DNA of 64,000 bases. It comes from Macrostomum lignano. Its lineage: Eukaryota. Numbering within the stretch: the first letter of the stretch is position 1; the number at the start of each line of letters is the position of its first letter. The notes under the pieces were generated by a model. It worked only from the letters and a program-made list of their open reading frames with translations, made no database searches and was not told the origin of the DNA. This document shows positions 12,033-26,047 of the stretch, in pieces. A program made the position numbers and the translations under genes. The DNA lies in the NCBI GenBank assembly GCA_002269645.1, contig NIVC01000462.1, positions 675,914 through 739,913 of the forward strand. Reading direction: 5' to 3'.

Positions 12033-14401
12033 TGTGGTGAGCGAGAGACAAGCCAGTCAGGTTTAGTCCAACAAACAAAAAAAATTCTAACCCTCACCCA
12101 AAGGGTGGAGCTATTCTTATATTTACTCGAGAACGCATGTACATATACAAACAGAGCGCGCATGTACATCGGATGCCTTGACCCCCAAACACCGACTAGC
12201 AAAACAAACCAGTGAGTATACTCACTTTACAACATTCACCCTCCTCCTTAACAGTCACTAATTCCCTTCACAGCTGGCAATCAATGCGTCACGACCTGGC
12301 CGTACCACAACGGTGGTGCCCGCAGTCGCGCACTGCGCCGCAGCTCCGCGTCGGCCTCAACGGTCTCCGGCGGCGGGTCCGTCGGCCTTCTGGCGCTGCC
12401 GGCTCTGCAGCCACTGGCGGCTGTGGCGGCATTGCCGTTGCCGAAGTCGTGCTGGCACCCTCGGGCTCCGCATGAGGCATACAGAGGCTGGTGTGCCACC
12501 TTGAGCCGTCCTCTAACCTGACGATCGTCGGGCTGATGATGTCGTTGACCCGTAGAGGTGGTGACACGTGGCTCTGCAGCTTGCCTCGCATCCGCGGAGA
12601 TCGCACTCGCACCAGGTCGCCGCACCCTAATTGAGGCGGTCGGGTTCTTTTGAGCCACTTGAACTTCTTTTGAACCGAATCCCTTAGGCTGAGCGGCACT
12701 CTGCGCAACGGTTGAGCAGTCGGTTGCACCGCGGGGTTGACTCGCGGCCTGTGCTGAAATCCTTTGATGTGTCCGAGTCCCTGAGTCAACTGGTCGAACC
12801 GGCCTGGGATCCAGTCAGGCAGGGCTCTGGTGCCGACTGTCTGCACTCGCTCACCGTCTGCAGTGACGATCCGCAGTCCCAGCTGATCCATGAGGTCGCA
12901 CCCCAGGATGTCAGATCCGGTATTGACCACGCTAAGGTTGACGTAAGGCACTACTTTGTCCTTGAGCTGCACCGAGGTCAGGATGTCACCAAGCACGCCG
13001 ATCTTGCTGCCGTTGAAAGCGACCAGCTTCCGTGATGACGCCTGCAGGGGCACGTTGGAAAAAGTCTGTTGTACGTCGTCTTGGTGATGATGGAGACTCG
13101 CGAACCGGAGTCAACGAGCAGCTTGACAGGCCTCCCGTTTAGCAGCACTTCGCAGTGCTTGCTTGCTGCCGCAGCTGTCGACACAGTGCAGATGGAGTAC
13201 TCATCCTGAAGCTGTCGCACTCGGTTGCCGCTCCTGCAGACTCTGGCGAAGTGCCCGCACTTGCCGCAGGACTTGCACTTCTGCCCCTTTGCTGGGCAAG
13301 TCTGTCCACCGAAATGCGCCGCTGAGCCACAGTAGCCGCAGCTCCGGCCGTTGGTTGTCGGCTTCAGTGCCTCGTGCTGTCTTGCCGCCGCTCCACTTTT
13401 CTTGGCCTTGCTGATCTGCTGGACTCCCCACGAGCTGCTTGGGTCTGTGTGGCTGCCTCCCTTGATGGCCTGGGCCTCCAGCAGTCCAGTTTCCAGTCGC
13501 TCCGCCAACTGCACAGCTGTCGCCAAGGTCAGCTCCGGCTCCATAAGCAGTCGCTCCCTGATGTGGTTGCTGAGCACTTTCTCGACGAGCTGGTCACGCA
13601 GCATCTCCTCCTGGAAGGTCTTGAAGTCGCAGTTCGAAGCCAGGTTTCGCAGCGCGGCAACGAAGTCGCTGATCTTTTCGCCCGGTCGCTGAGCTCTCTG
13701 TCGGAATCTGTGCCTCTCAGAAACTGCGTTGACCTTGGGTCCGAAGTGCGTGTCCAGGAGCTTCAGCGTGTCATTAACTGTTGATGGCGGTTGCTCTCCT
13801 TCCTCCTGATTGCTGCTGGCTTGTAGAGACATGTAGATGTTTTGTCCCTCTGCACCCAAACAGTGGATGAGCAACGCTTGTTTTCTTTGCTCCGGCAGAT
13901 CGATGGCTCCCGATGCTAGCAGGTAGTTGCTGAACATTGCTTTCCATCGGTTCCATTCAATCAGCGGTGCTCCAGCGGCTGGCAGAAACGGCTGCGGTGG
14001 CGAAATGTTGACACTCATTCTGTTGGCTGTATCTCTGCTTGACTGTTGGGCTGCTGCTTGTTGAGACCCTCTCTGTGGGTCGCCCATTGCACTTGCATTT
14101 GCACCTTCTGTGCTGCTCATGACTTGGCAGATTTTAGAGTTCGCACTTGTGCTGAATCACGCTGGCCCAAATCAATTGATTTCTCCGCGCGACGCCAAAA
14201 TGTGGTGAGCGAGAGACAAGCCAGTCAGGTTTAGTCCAACAAACAAAAAAATTCTAACCCTCACCCAAAGGGTGGAGCTATTCTTATATTTACTCGAGAA
14301 CGCATGTACATATACAAACAGAGCGCGCATGTACATCGGATGCCTTGACCCCCAAACACCGACTAGCAAAACAAACCAGTGAGTAAACTCACTTTACAAC
14401 A
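12033..14401 (-). mobile_element. Ty3/gypsy (Mag-like) LTR retrotransposon, internally deleted and non-autonomous
   Basis: LTRs 12033-12234 and 14201-14401 (TG...CA; one substitution and one homopolymer indel apart). 5-bp TSD TATAG (12028-12032, 14402-14406). PBS-like TGGCGTCGCG next to the 5' LTR. Polypurine tract AAGGAGGAGGGTGAA next to the 3' LTR. Confidence 0.96.
12289..14120 (-). CDS. Gag with double CCHC knuckle + aspartic protease, fused to an RT N-terminal stub and the integrase C-terminal tail (RT, RNaseH and integrase core deleted); one frameshift near 13050
   Basis: SERHRFRQRAQRPGEKISDFVAALRNLASNCDF (Mag-type gag), CGYCGSAAH..CPAKGQKCKSCGKCGHFARVC, LLVDSGSRVSII. Then AQPLRRVPLSLRDSV joined directly to GDLVRVRSP...VRLEDGSRWH. 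Confidence 0.88.
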
Positions 14402-15435
14402 TATAGCCGCAGAGTGCACGTTAAACATCGGCTCAATGCCTAGCAAACTTCTATAGTTCTACAGTTGGAATCACGGAAGCGATTTCCAGGCAAACTAGGA
14501 TGATTGTGACTGTGCTAGGAAGATAGTTCTGAACAATAGCTTTTCTATTCTATTGTTTATTAGTCGTCTAATAAACAATAACAAAACACCATGGATGTTT
14601 TGATTTCAAAGTTAGCCAACACACATTTGACGGAAGTTAAGCATGGGCGATCTACAGGAAATCAAGCGAAAATCCCACAGGAAGCGAACAACTGTATTGA
14701 TCCATTGTTAACCATCATGGACTGTTTCCGCACCTGCACTGCAACGTTGCTTATGGTGCAAGGGTCCGCTACGATCGGACTCGATCGCGCCTCTGTCTAC
14801 AGCTCTCTGCTGTCTGCTGTCAGCGCTGGTTGTGAGACGATATGTCGCCAAGAAGGCGTTGCAAAATGTTTGAATAAAATTTTCAGACTTTTTTACCAAG
14901 CATAGAGTTGCTGGAGTCATGGACAAACTGTACGGCAACAGCTTACAAACAAGATGTCGGTCGGCTAATGTGCCAAAAGAAACAGAAAACTTCTTGCATC
15001 GACTTTCCACTTTAGTTGCCAGTGTGTGTGTGACGCTCTTCCACAAATCCTATAGAAGAAAAAGCCCACAGAAAAATACAATGAAAGCAGAAATCCATAA
15101 TTTTGAAATTAATCTCTTTTGTGTTGAAAATCAGGCAGGAAAAATCCGGAAAATTTCTAACCAAGCGCTGATGAATTTTCAAGAGGAAGTTTGTCTGCAA
15201 CCATAGGCATTTTTTATTTCATTTTATTTCTGAAGCACACGGCGCAAAAAACAGCACGAGTGCAAAAACTAACAGAACCCCTGAATAAGAGAGTTTCTGC
15301 AATGAAACCAACACAGCTTTTTAGCTTAAACTTTTATTTGTCTCGAGGATGTGGGACTTCGCATCAAAGATTCAGTTTGCTTGAGTCCATGCTCAGCTCA
15401 TCAGCTGAGCCAGTCGGTCACCGCACCGCTCGAGC

Positions 15436-16179
15436 TCAGCCACGCACGAACAGAGTCCACTCGGGCCCGCTCAGGTGGCCAGGCGGGTACACGAACTCCA
15501 GCAGGTGGCAGGCAAGCTCCTGTCGGGAGAAAACGGCGGCCTGGCAGTCGGCTCTGGCGCTGCACCGGAGCAGGCAGTCCTCGACGGACTGGGCAGCGAC
15601 AGGCCAGACGGAGGTGGTACCGGATGTCACGGGAGGGCTGGACTGCTTCACTACCGTGTAGGTGTTGTTGTCCGAAACTGAGAAATTGCACGATAAATAA
15701 GCTTTTCAATAATTAGCATGTTTTCATTCTGACTAAAGGTACAGGGATTTAGAAATCAGAATATTTGTACCTGGGTAGCTCAGGGAGAACACGGAGTTTC
15801 TGACGGGGCCGCCACACTTCTGCATCGCGTTTCCCGAGCAATCCATGCTGCAGTCGGCTTCGCTTACCGGGCCATGGGATCCGAAGGAGCTGCCGCAGTA
15901 GCACTCTGTGCTGTACTGCACCCCGAAGTACGGGAAGCTGCCGATCGAGCAGATGCCGCTGCACAACTCGTGCGACATCTCTGCGCTGCGGACTCTCTTG
16001 TAATTTTCGACATCGAATCCACCGATCCTGCTGCCTCCACTGAGCCCGTTCAGGTCTCTGGGTGACACACGGTCTTTATAGCAGCCCAGGTATTCGAAGC
16101 GGACGAACCTGCAGGTGACGCAAGTCAGCAAGAGGGCAGTGCAGAACAGAACGGAGAGAGTGGCTGTTGGGCGGAACAT
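15436..16179 (-). CDS. Secreted WSC + PAN/apple-like protein (paralog 3, inverted duplicate of paralog 2); exons 16179-15771, 15677-15436
   Basis: Same exon structure. Exon 2 differs from paralog 2 at 3 of 80 residues, and 3' flank homology continues to about 15350. Confidence 0.92.
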
Positions 16180-16509
16180 TTCTCTGCTAGGAGAGGAGCT
16201 TGGAACAGCTGAGTTAAGCAGTTCTGCATCTCAAGTCAGAAAAGATTCAGCTTTATTATAGCAACTCTGACTGGCAAACATAAAATCCGCCTTTGGACCA
16301 ATCAGGTCCGTTAGCAACGGTCGTCGAACACAGGTTTTTTGACGAGAAAATTTTTAGACCTTACACAATCAAGACTTTTTGTAATCCAATCGGGACTCTA
16401 GGAGTACGGGCTATGAGCTGCAAGCTAGTAAGCTACATGCGTCATGCGGGACCCCTGTGTCCTTCCCTTCGCGTTGGGAGGACAACAGGACACAGCATCT
16501 CCGAATGTG

Positions 16510-17045
16510 TACTCACTGTGTCACAGATTCTAGGTACTCACAGGTGGACAATGTGAGCTCATTTGGTCACAGATTCTAGGTACTCACAGGTGGACAATGT
16601 GAGCTCATTTGGTCACAGATTCTAGGTACTCACAGGTGGACAATGTGAGCTCATTTGGTCACAGATTCTAGGTACTCACAGGTGGACAATGTGAGCTCAT
16701 TTGGTCACAGATTCTGGGTACTCACAGGTGGACAATGTGAGCTCATTTGGTCACAGATTCTAGGTACTCACAGGTGGACAATGTGAGCTCATTTGGTCAC
16801 AGATACTGGGGTACTCAATGGTGGACAAAGTGTGCTCACTGTGTCACAGATTATGAGTACTCAATGGTGGACGATGTGTGCTCACTGTGTCACAGATTAT
16901 GAGTACTCAATGGTGGACGATGTGTGCTCACTGTGTCACAGATTATGAGTACTCAATGGTGGACGATGTATGCTCACTGTGTCACAGATTATGAGTACTC
17001 AATGGTGGACAATGTGTGCTCATTTGGTCACAGATTATGGGTACT
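16510..17045. repeat. 46-bp minisatellite (GGTCACAGATTCTAGGTACTCACAGGTGGACAATGTGAGCTCATTT), about 11 copies
   Basis: Direct tandem repeat, with a diverged sub-block in the right half. Confidence 0.95.
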
Positions 17046-17675
17046 TAATGGTGTAAAATGTTACACTCTTTGCACCTCGATAGTTTAACACAGTCTACGA
17101 ATATACACAGACTAAAGTAAGCCACGAGAGAAAATGAAAGGCAAGCATTAATGATTAAATTTATAAACCTCAAAAAATCAGGTCAACTTCTGTCAGGTGT
17201 TTATTTTTAACGCCGTGCTTATTAACAGGCCCGACAATCATTGCCACTATATAATTATTATTTAAGTTATAGCACAAGCACAGAAAAGTAATTATAGACA
17301 AGCAGACTAAAAACAAAGGAGGCTTTAAGAAACGAATTGGTCTCGTCGCACGTACAGTCGGCCGCTACTTACCAGTCTTTCTTATTACTACTGACATTGA
17401 TAAGTAGTAAAAACACGCATCCAATAAAAAATATTACAATTGTAAAAAATAATTCAGAGTTGCACTTAACGGAAAGTCTAAGTCTGAATAAATACATGTA
17501 ATTAGGTGAGCGCCTCGCATTGAAAGCGATGCAACATGACATGAAGGCATCTGGATCTTGCTGATTTTCTATACATATCGTTTATTATTTTTTATGATAC
17601 AATACTTATGTACTTTACGCGGTGATACCTGATGAAGCATCTTTACGCGGTGATACCTGATGAAGCATCCGGGAG

Positions 17676-18140
17676 TCTGGGCTCATGTGAGATCTGAGCT
17701 CATGTGGGATCTGAGCTCATTTGGGATCTGAGCTCATTTGGGATTTGAGCTCATTTGGGATCTGAGCTCATTTGGGATCTGGGCTTATTTGGGATCTGGG
17801 CTTATTTGGGATCTGGGCTTATTTGGGATCTGAGCTCATTTGGGATCTGAGCTCATTGGGGATCTGGGCTTATTTGGGATCTGGGCTTATTTGGGATCTG
17901 GGCTTATTTGGGATCTGGGCTTATTTGGGATCTGAGCTCATTTGGGATCTGAGCTCATTTGGGATCTGAGCTCATGTGGGATCTGAGTTCATTTAGGATT
18001 TGAGCTCATTTGGGATCTTGAGCTCATGTGGGATCTGAGATCATGTGGGATCTGAGCTCATTTGGGATCTGGGCTTATTTGGGATCTGAGCTTATTTGGG
18101 ATCTGGGCTTATTTGGGATCTGGGCTCATGTGGGATCTGA
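17676..18140. repeat. 17-bp minisatellite (GGGATCTGAGCTCATTT) just downstream of the E3 ligase stop codon
   Basis: Direct tandem repeat. Confidence 0.95.
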
Positions 18141-18217
18141 TGAAGCACCAAGCAAGAATCTGAGCTCATGCAGCCGTATCTACCGTATCTATCAGCTCAG
18201 CTTAAAAGCTACTTGAG

Positions 18218-21200
18218 TTAACTGAGCTCAAATCCGCTATTAGACTCCACAGCTAGCATGAGCTTCTGCTTGAGCGTGTCCATGTCACCATAGTCGGGCA
18301 GCTTCAGCAGGTTGATGCAGGTGCTGGCGGTGGGCAGACGGTCGGTCTCGGGCACCAGCGCCAGCGTGAAGGCCGGCTGCAGCTCTTGCCAGCCGTACAG
18401 AGGCGCCCGAGTCAGCGAGGTGACAAACCGCAGGACGGCCCGACGCTGGCGTTCGTCGAAGTCGTCCAGCATGAGTCGCCAGAAAGCGGCTACGGTGTCG
18501 GACTCGGCGGAGCAGTTCTGGTACTGCGTGTGTCGGCGAAGGTCCAGCACGTCTATCGGACTGTCGGAGCCGCTGATGAGCAGCTGCAGCTCGTTGTGGG
18601 AGAAGAAGGCCAGCCAGTCGCTGCAGGGGATCACCGACACGAGGCCCTGGGCGAAGGCCTGCGTCTGGGCGGCGGTCTGCCTGTGGAGCCGGTAGTCGGC
18701 GAGCAGCAGCTGGTACTCGGTGACATTGTCCGGCGTCACCTGGACACTGCTGCCGTCCGGTTTGAGTTCCACGGTCTCCGAGCGGCCGAGACGGTCCTCG
18801 GTGAGGCTGAAGTCCAACTCCATAGCTTCGAGGTCCTCGGCGCTTGCCGAGCTTAGGGCTAGCACGTTTCTAGGGAAAGGGGGGGGGCAATTTTTCGATA
18901 CATATCGGCGATTCTGATTATTTTTACTTTCGATACATATCGGCGATTCTGGTTATTTATACTTTTGATACATATCGGCGATTCTGATTACTTTTACTTT
19001 CGATACATATCGGCGATTCTGATTATTCGTATTTTCGATACATATCGGCGATTCTGATTATTTTTACTTTCGATACATATCGGCGATCCTGATTATTTTT
19101 ACTTTCGATACATATCGGCGATTCTGATTATTTTTACTTTCGATACATATCGGCGATCCTGATTATTTTTACTTTCGATACATATCGGCGATTCTGATTA
19201 TTTGTACTTTCGGTACATATCGGCGATTCCGATTATTTTTACTTTCGATACATATCGGCGATTCCGATTATTTTTACTTTCGATACGTATCGGCGATTCT
19301 GATTATTTGTACTTTCGATACATATCGGCGATTCCGATTATTTTTACTTTCGATACATATCGGCGATCCTGATTATTTTTACTTTCGATACATATCGGCG
19401 ATTCTGATTATTTGTACTTTCGGTACATATCGGCGATTCCGATTATTTTTACTTTCGATACATATCGGCGATTCCGATTATTTTTACTTTCGATACGTAT
19501 CGGCGATTCTGATTATTTGTACTTTCGATACATATCGGCGATTCCGATTATTTTTACTTCCGATACATATCGGCGATTCTGATTATTCGTATTTTCGATA
19601 CATATCGGCGATTCCGATTATTTTTACTTTCGATACATATCGGCGATTCTGATTATTCGTATTTTCGACACATATCGGCGATTCTGATTATTCGTATTTT
19701 CGATACATATCGGCGATTACGATTATTTTTACTTTCGATACATATCGGCGATTCTGATTATTCGTATTTTCGACACATATCGGCGATCCTGATTATTCGT
19801 ATTTTCGATACATTTCGGCGATTCTGATTATTTTTACTTTCGATACATATCGGCGATTCTGATTATTTTTACTTTCGATACATATCGGGAATTCTGATTA
19901 TTCGTACTTTCGACACTTTTCGGCAGTCCAGATTATTTGTATTTTCGATACGTATCGGGAATTATAATTATTTATACTTTCGATACATATCGGTAATTTT
20001 GATTATTTATACTTTCAATACATATTGACAATCCTCATTTTTTGTACTTTCAATACATACGAGCGTATCAGCGCTGGACATTAAAATTATTTTTTAGTTT
20101 ACATTGACCCTAAAAACCCAAACTCAAAAATCTTCAGCTCACCTATACAGCTCAGCATCGAGCTCTTCAAGCTCGTCAAGACTGGCCGCCGCCCGCTGCT
20201 GGGCGTCCCTCGCCCCGCTGGCGTAGATGATCACCCTCCGGAGGAAGAACGGCGCCAACGGCAGGTCAATGAGCAGCCGTTCGAACAACAGTTTGCCCAG
20301 CAGGCGGCCGTGAAAGAAATAGTGCGACGTGAATTCCGAATTGATGGCGGCGCTCAACGGGTTCGGGTACAGCGCGCCGGAGCTCGCCTGGCTGTAGAAG
20401 CCGCGCTGCGGATCAAAGGCTGCCGACAGCACCAGGGCAAGGAACTCCCGCATCAGCCCGCCACCGTCTATGCCGGCCTCCTGCGGCACCGTGGGATAGT
20501 TGAAAGCATGTGTGAGATATGGGATCCGAGAGTGAGATATGGGATCAGAGAGTGAGATATGGGATCAGAGAGTGAGATATGGGATCAGAGAGTGAGATAT
20601 GGGATCAGAGAGTGAAATATGGGATCAGAGAGTGAGATATGGGATCAGAGAGTGAGATATGGGATCAGAGAGTGAGATATGGGATCAGAGAGTGAGATAT
20701 GGGATCACAGAGATATGGGATCATAGGAGATATGGAATTATATAGTGAGATATGGGATCAGAGAGTGAGATATGGGATCAGAGTGAGATATGCGATCCGA
20801 GAGTGAGATATGGGATCACAGAGATATGGGATCATAGGAGATATGGAATTATATAGTGAGATATGGGATCAGAGAGTGAGATATGGGATCAGAGAGAGAT
20901 ATGGGATCAGAGAGTGAGATATGGGATCCGAGAGTGTGATATAGGATCATAGAAGGAGATATGGGATCAGAGAGTGAGATATGGGATCAGAGAGAGATAT
21001 GGGATCAGAGAGAGATATGGGATCAGAGAGTGAGATATGGGATCCGAGAGTGTGATATAGGATCATAGAAGGAGATATGGGATCAGAGAGTGAGATATGG
21101 GATCAGAGAGTGAGATATGGGATCCCAGAGATATGGGATCATAGGAGATTTGGAATTATATAGTGAGATATGGGATCAGAGAGTGAGATATGGGATCAGA

Positions 21201-24200
21201 GTGAGATATGCGATCCGAGAGTGAGATATGGGATCAGAGAGAGATATGGGATCAGAGAGTGAGATATGGGATCCGAGAGTGAGATATGCGATCCGAGAGT
21301 GAGATATGAGATCAGAGAGTGAGATATGGGATCCGAGAGTGTGATATGGGATCCGAGAGTGTGATATGGGATCCGAGAGTGTGATATGGGATCCGAGAGT
21401 GTGATATGGGATCATAGAAGGAGATATGGGTTTAGAGAAGGAGATATAGGATCATAGAAGGAGATGTAGGATCATAGAAGGAGATATGGGATCATAGAAG
21501 GAGATATGGGATCATAGAAGGAGATATGGGATCAGAGAAGGAGATATAGGATCATAGAAGGAGATGTAGGATCATAGAAGGAGATATGGGATCATAGAAG
21601 GAGATATGGGATCATACTCGTAGAAGGAGATATGGGATCAGAGAAGGAGATATAGGATCATAGAAGGAGATGTAGGATCATAGAAGGAGATGTAGGATCA
21701 TAGAAGGAGATGTAGGATCATAGAAGGAGATGTAGGATCATAGAAGGAGATGTAGGATCATAGAAGGAGATATAGGATCATAGAAGGAGATATGGGATCA
21801 TAGAAGGAGATATGGGATCATAGAAGGAGATATGGGATCATAGAAGGAGATATGGGATCAGAGAAGGAGATATAGGATCATAGAAGGAGATGTAGGATCA
21901 TAGGAGATGTAGGATCATAGAAGGATATATGGGATCATAGGAGATATAGGATCATAGAAGGATATATGATCATAGAAGGATCATAGATCATAGAAGGATC
22001 ATAGTCCATAGAAGGAGATATGGGATCATAGGAGTATATGGGATCATAGGAGTATATGGGATCATAGGAGTATATGGGATCATAGGAGTATATGGGATCA
22101 TAGGAGTATATGGGATCATAGGAGTATATGGGATCATAGGAGTATATGGGATCATAGGAGTATATGGGACCATAGGAGTATATGGGATCATAGGAGTATA
22201 TGGGATCATAGGAGTATATGGGATCATAGGAGTATATGGGATCATAGGAGTATATGGGATCATAGGAAATATGGGATCAGAGCCTTAGCTAGAGTCTCTC
22301 AAATCGATGGAATTATTGGAATGCTCACCTCCAGGCCCAGCTCGTTGCGAAACGACACCTTAAGCCTAGGATAGAGATTCTCCTCCCCATACAGTTGGCT
22401 GAAGGCGTCCTCATAGATTTTGTCTCGCCTAGCGGTGACCCTGATACCGGAGGCGCCAAACTCGTGCCTATCATAATCAATAGAAGCTTTGTAGGCGTGC
22501 AGCAGTGAATAGAATAGGCGAACTCGGTCCCAGAAGTTGATGAGGTAGGGCGCCTCGGTGAGAATGGCCAGCTGTAGCCGCTCAGTAGAGGACAGGTAAG
22601 GAATGCTGATTGAGTCATTCAGCACAGAATAGTAGCCAAAACTGTTGGAAGCTTCGCGCTCCAACCAGTAGGCCGGCTGCAGCGACTTGATGGGCGGAAT
22701 GCGGCCCTGCACAGACCAGTGCGAGGAGGTGCCCGAAGATTCCAGGCTGGCGTTTGACGAGGCCGGAGTGAACTTGCGCAGCTGGTCCAGGCTGTACAGG
22801 CGGCTCACCAGGAGCTTCACGCTGGAGAACAAGCTGGAGTAGAGCTGGAGTAGCTCCCTGAGGGTGTGAGAGTCCGATTGGGATATTGTCAGACTGGGGA
22901 TTTGAGCCCGATTGGGATATTGTCAGACTGGGGATTTAAGTCCGATTGGGATATTGTCAGATTGGGGATTTGAAATTGATTGGGATATTGTCAGACTGGG
23001 GATTTGAAACCGATTGGGATATTGTCAGACTGGGGATTTGAGCCCGATTGGGATATTGTCAGACTGGGGATTTGAGCCCGATTGGGATATTGTCAGACTG
23101 GGGATTTGAAATTGATTGGGATATTGTCAGACTGGGGATTTGAGCCCGATTGGGATATTGTCAGACTGGGGATTTGAAATTGATTGGGATATTGTCAGAC
23201 TGGGGATTTGAAACCGATTGGGATATTGTCAGACTGGGGATTTGAAACCGATTGGGATATTGTCAGACTGGGGATTTGAGCCCGATTGGGATATTGTCAG
23301 ACTGGGGATTTGAATTTGATTGGGATATTGTCAGACTGGGGATTCCAACCTGATTGGGATATTGTCAGACTGAGGATTTGACCCTGATTGGGATATTGTC
23401 AGACTGGGGATTTGACCCTGATTGGGATATTGTCAGACTGGGGATTTGACCCTGATTGGGATATTGTCAGACTGGGGATTTGAAACCGATTGGGGTATTG
23501 TCAGACTGGGGGCCGCACCTGGAGCCGCTGCCAGCTCCGCTATTGTCAGCACCAGCAGCTGCCTCGGGTCCCACAGCGCCGCCCAGAGACCGCAGAGCTC
23601 GCACGTAGTCAGCATTGAGCAGGTCGGGCCTCGTGTCAGGATGTGACAGCAGCAGCAGGCCCAGCAGAAGGTCGCGCAGGTCGGCAGACAGGCCCAGCAG
23701 GCACTGGCGAGTCAGCGGCTCCGGCGAGAAAAGTCTGGCGAATGCGGCCAGCAGCGGCTGCAGGGCGGCCATGGCAGGCAGTTCGGGCTGTACAGCCCGA
23801 GAGATCAGCTGCACCAAGGGCTGCGGGTGCTGGCTGTGACGGAACTGCGAGATCGCCTGCCAGAAGCTGCGCAGGAATGCTGAGCGGGCCGGACCGGCGG
23901 GCGTCAGGGAGTACAGGCTGAGGCTGGGGGCCTGCGGGGTGGAGGGGGCTGCATCTCAGGCATTGACCAACCCTGCATCTCAGGCACTGACCAACCCTGC
24001 ATCTCATAAACTGACCAACCCTGCATCTCATAAACTGATTAACCCTACATCTCAGGCATTGACCAACCCTGCATCTCAGGCACTGACCAACCCTGCATCT
24101 CATAAACTGACCAACCCTGCATCTCATAAACTGATTAACCCTACATCTCAGGCATTGACCAACCCTGCATCTCATAAACTGATTAACCCTGCATCTCATA

Positions 24201-25590
24201 AACTGACCAACCCTGCATCCCATAAACAGACCAACCCTGTATGGTACTAAATTTCCTAAACCTGCGCTTTTACCGCACTAAAATCTCAAACAAGACCCAG
24301 CGATAGCAATAGCCTTGAGAACGCACCATCTCGATGACGCTGCTCAGGTGCACAAACACTTGGCTGTCGGGACCATCGGCTACGGCAGTTCGGGCCACCT
24401 CGGCAAACCAGTCGCTCGACAGGCCGGCTGCAACGTCCTCGGCGAGGTCGGCTGGCAGCTCTCGAAGGCAGGGGCGGCTCAGGTGCAACAGCTGGAGCAT
24501 CAGCCTAGCGCTCGCAGCAGGTGACATCGTGGCGCTGTGCAGAAGAATCTCGCGGCCCTGACAAGCCAGGAGGTGCAGCAGGCCTGGACCGGACTGTCCG
24601 TTGCCGGTAGCTGGCGACGTGACGTCGATTGCGGCAGCCAGCAGAGCTGAGCCCAGCCGAGGCTGCGAGGCGGCGGCGCTGGCCAGCAGGGGGCCGACCA
24701 GCTGGCAGGCGACTAACGGCGAGGCCGGCGAAGGCAGTTGCGAGACGGCGAAGAAGCTGCCGCCGATGCAGCGGCGGTGGCCTCTGGGTAATCGGGATGG
24801 AGAGGCTGCTTGAGGCTGGCTTCAGTTATGTTATCTCAAGATTCGAGTTGTGGGATCTCAAGAATCGAGTTGTGGGATCTCAAGAATCGAGTTGTGAGAT
24901 ATCAGGCAAGGATCGAGTTGTAGGATCTCAAAAATCGAGTTGTGGGATCTCAAGGATCGAGTTGTGGGATCTCAAGGATTGAGTTGTGGGATCTCATGGA
25001 TCGAGTTGTGGGATCTCAAGAATCGAGTTGTGGGATCTCATGGATCGATTTGTGGGATCTCAAGGATCGAGTTGTGGGATCTCATGGATCGAGTTGTGGG
25101 ATCTCATGGATCGATTTGTGGGATCTCAAGGATCGAGTTGTGGGATCTCAAGGATCGAGTTGTGGGATCTCAAGGATCGAGTTGTGGGATCTCAAGGATC
25201 GAATTGTAGGATCTCAAGAATCGAGTTGTGGGATCTCAAAACGCGAGTTGTGGGATCTCAAAAATCGAGTTGTAGGATCTCAAGTATCAAGTTGGGATCT
25301 TAAGCATCGAGTTAAGAGTTTAGCTAGAGTATGTTACCGATATGAGCAGGCAGTGGGGCAGCACAGAGTCTGTCTGAGCAGGTGCCCGGTCAGCGTTCTG
25401 CACTCCTGCTCAGGGCCATCACTGCCGGACTCGTTGGCTAAGCTGGAGGTCAGCGGCAGCAGCAGCAGGCTGCACAGAGACCGAGTGAGTGGCTGCGAAA
25501 GCGCGTCCGAGAGGTCGGAGCGGCCCGCCAGACCGCACCTGCGAGTGGGAGCGGCCAAGATGCTGCTTTGAGTCGGTCTTAGTGTCTTGG

Positions 25591-25662
<72 letters not shown>

Positions 25663-25666
25663 AGAG

Positions 25667-25719
<53 letters not shown>

Positions 25720-25794
25720 GTCTGTCTGTCTGTCTGTCTTAGTGTCTGTCTGTCTGTCTGTCTGTCTTAGTGTCTGTCTGTCTGTCTGTCAGAG

Positions 25795-25827
<33 letters not shown>

Positions 25828-25916
25828 TAGTGTCTGTCTGTCTGTCTGTCTGTCTTAGTGTCTGTCTGTCTGTCTGTCAGAGTGTCTGTCTGTCTTAGTG
25901 TCTGTCTGTCTGTCAT

Positions 25917-25987
<71 letters not shown>

Positions 25988-25990
25988 TAG

Positions 25991-26047
<57 letters not shown>

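Noticed and set aside
13040-13060. Programmed ribosomal frameshift between gag-PR and the downstream frame
   Set aside because: The shift falls inside the protease domain with no canonical slippery heptamer, and Mag-type elements use a single ORF. A 1-bp deletion or sequencing error is more likely.
14591-15206. Two adjacent ORFs that might be a decayed transposase
   Set aside because: No catalytic or domain motif recognisable by eye; needs a profile search.
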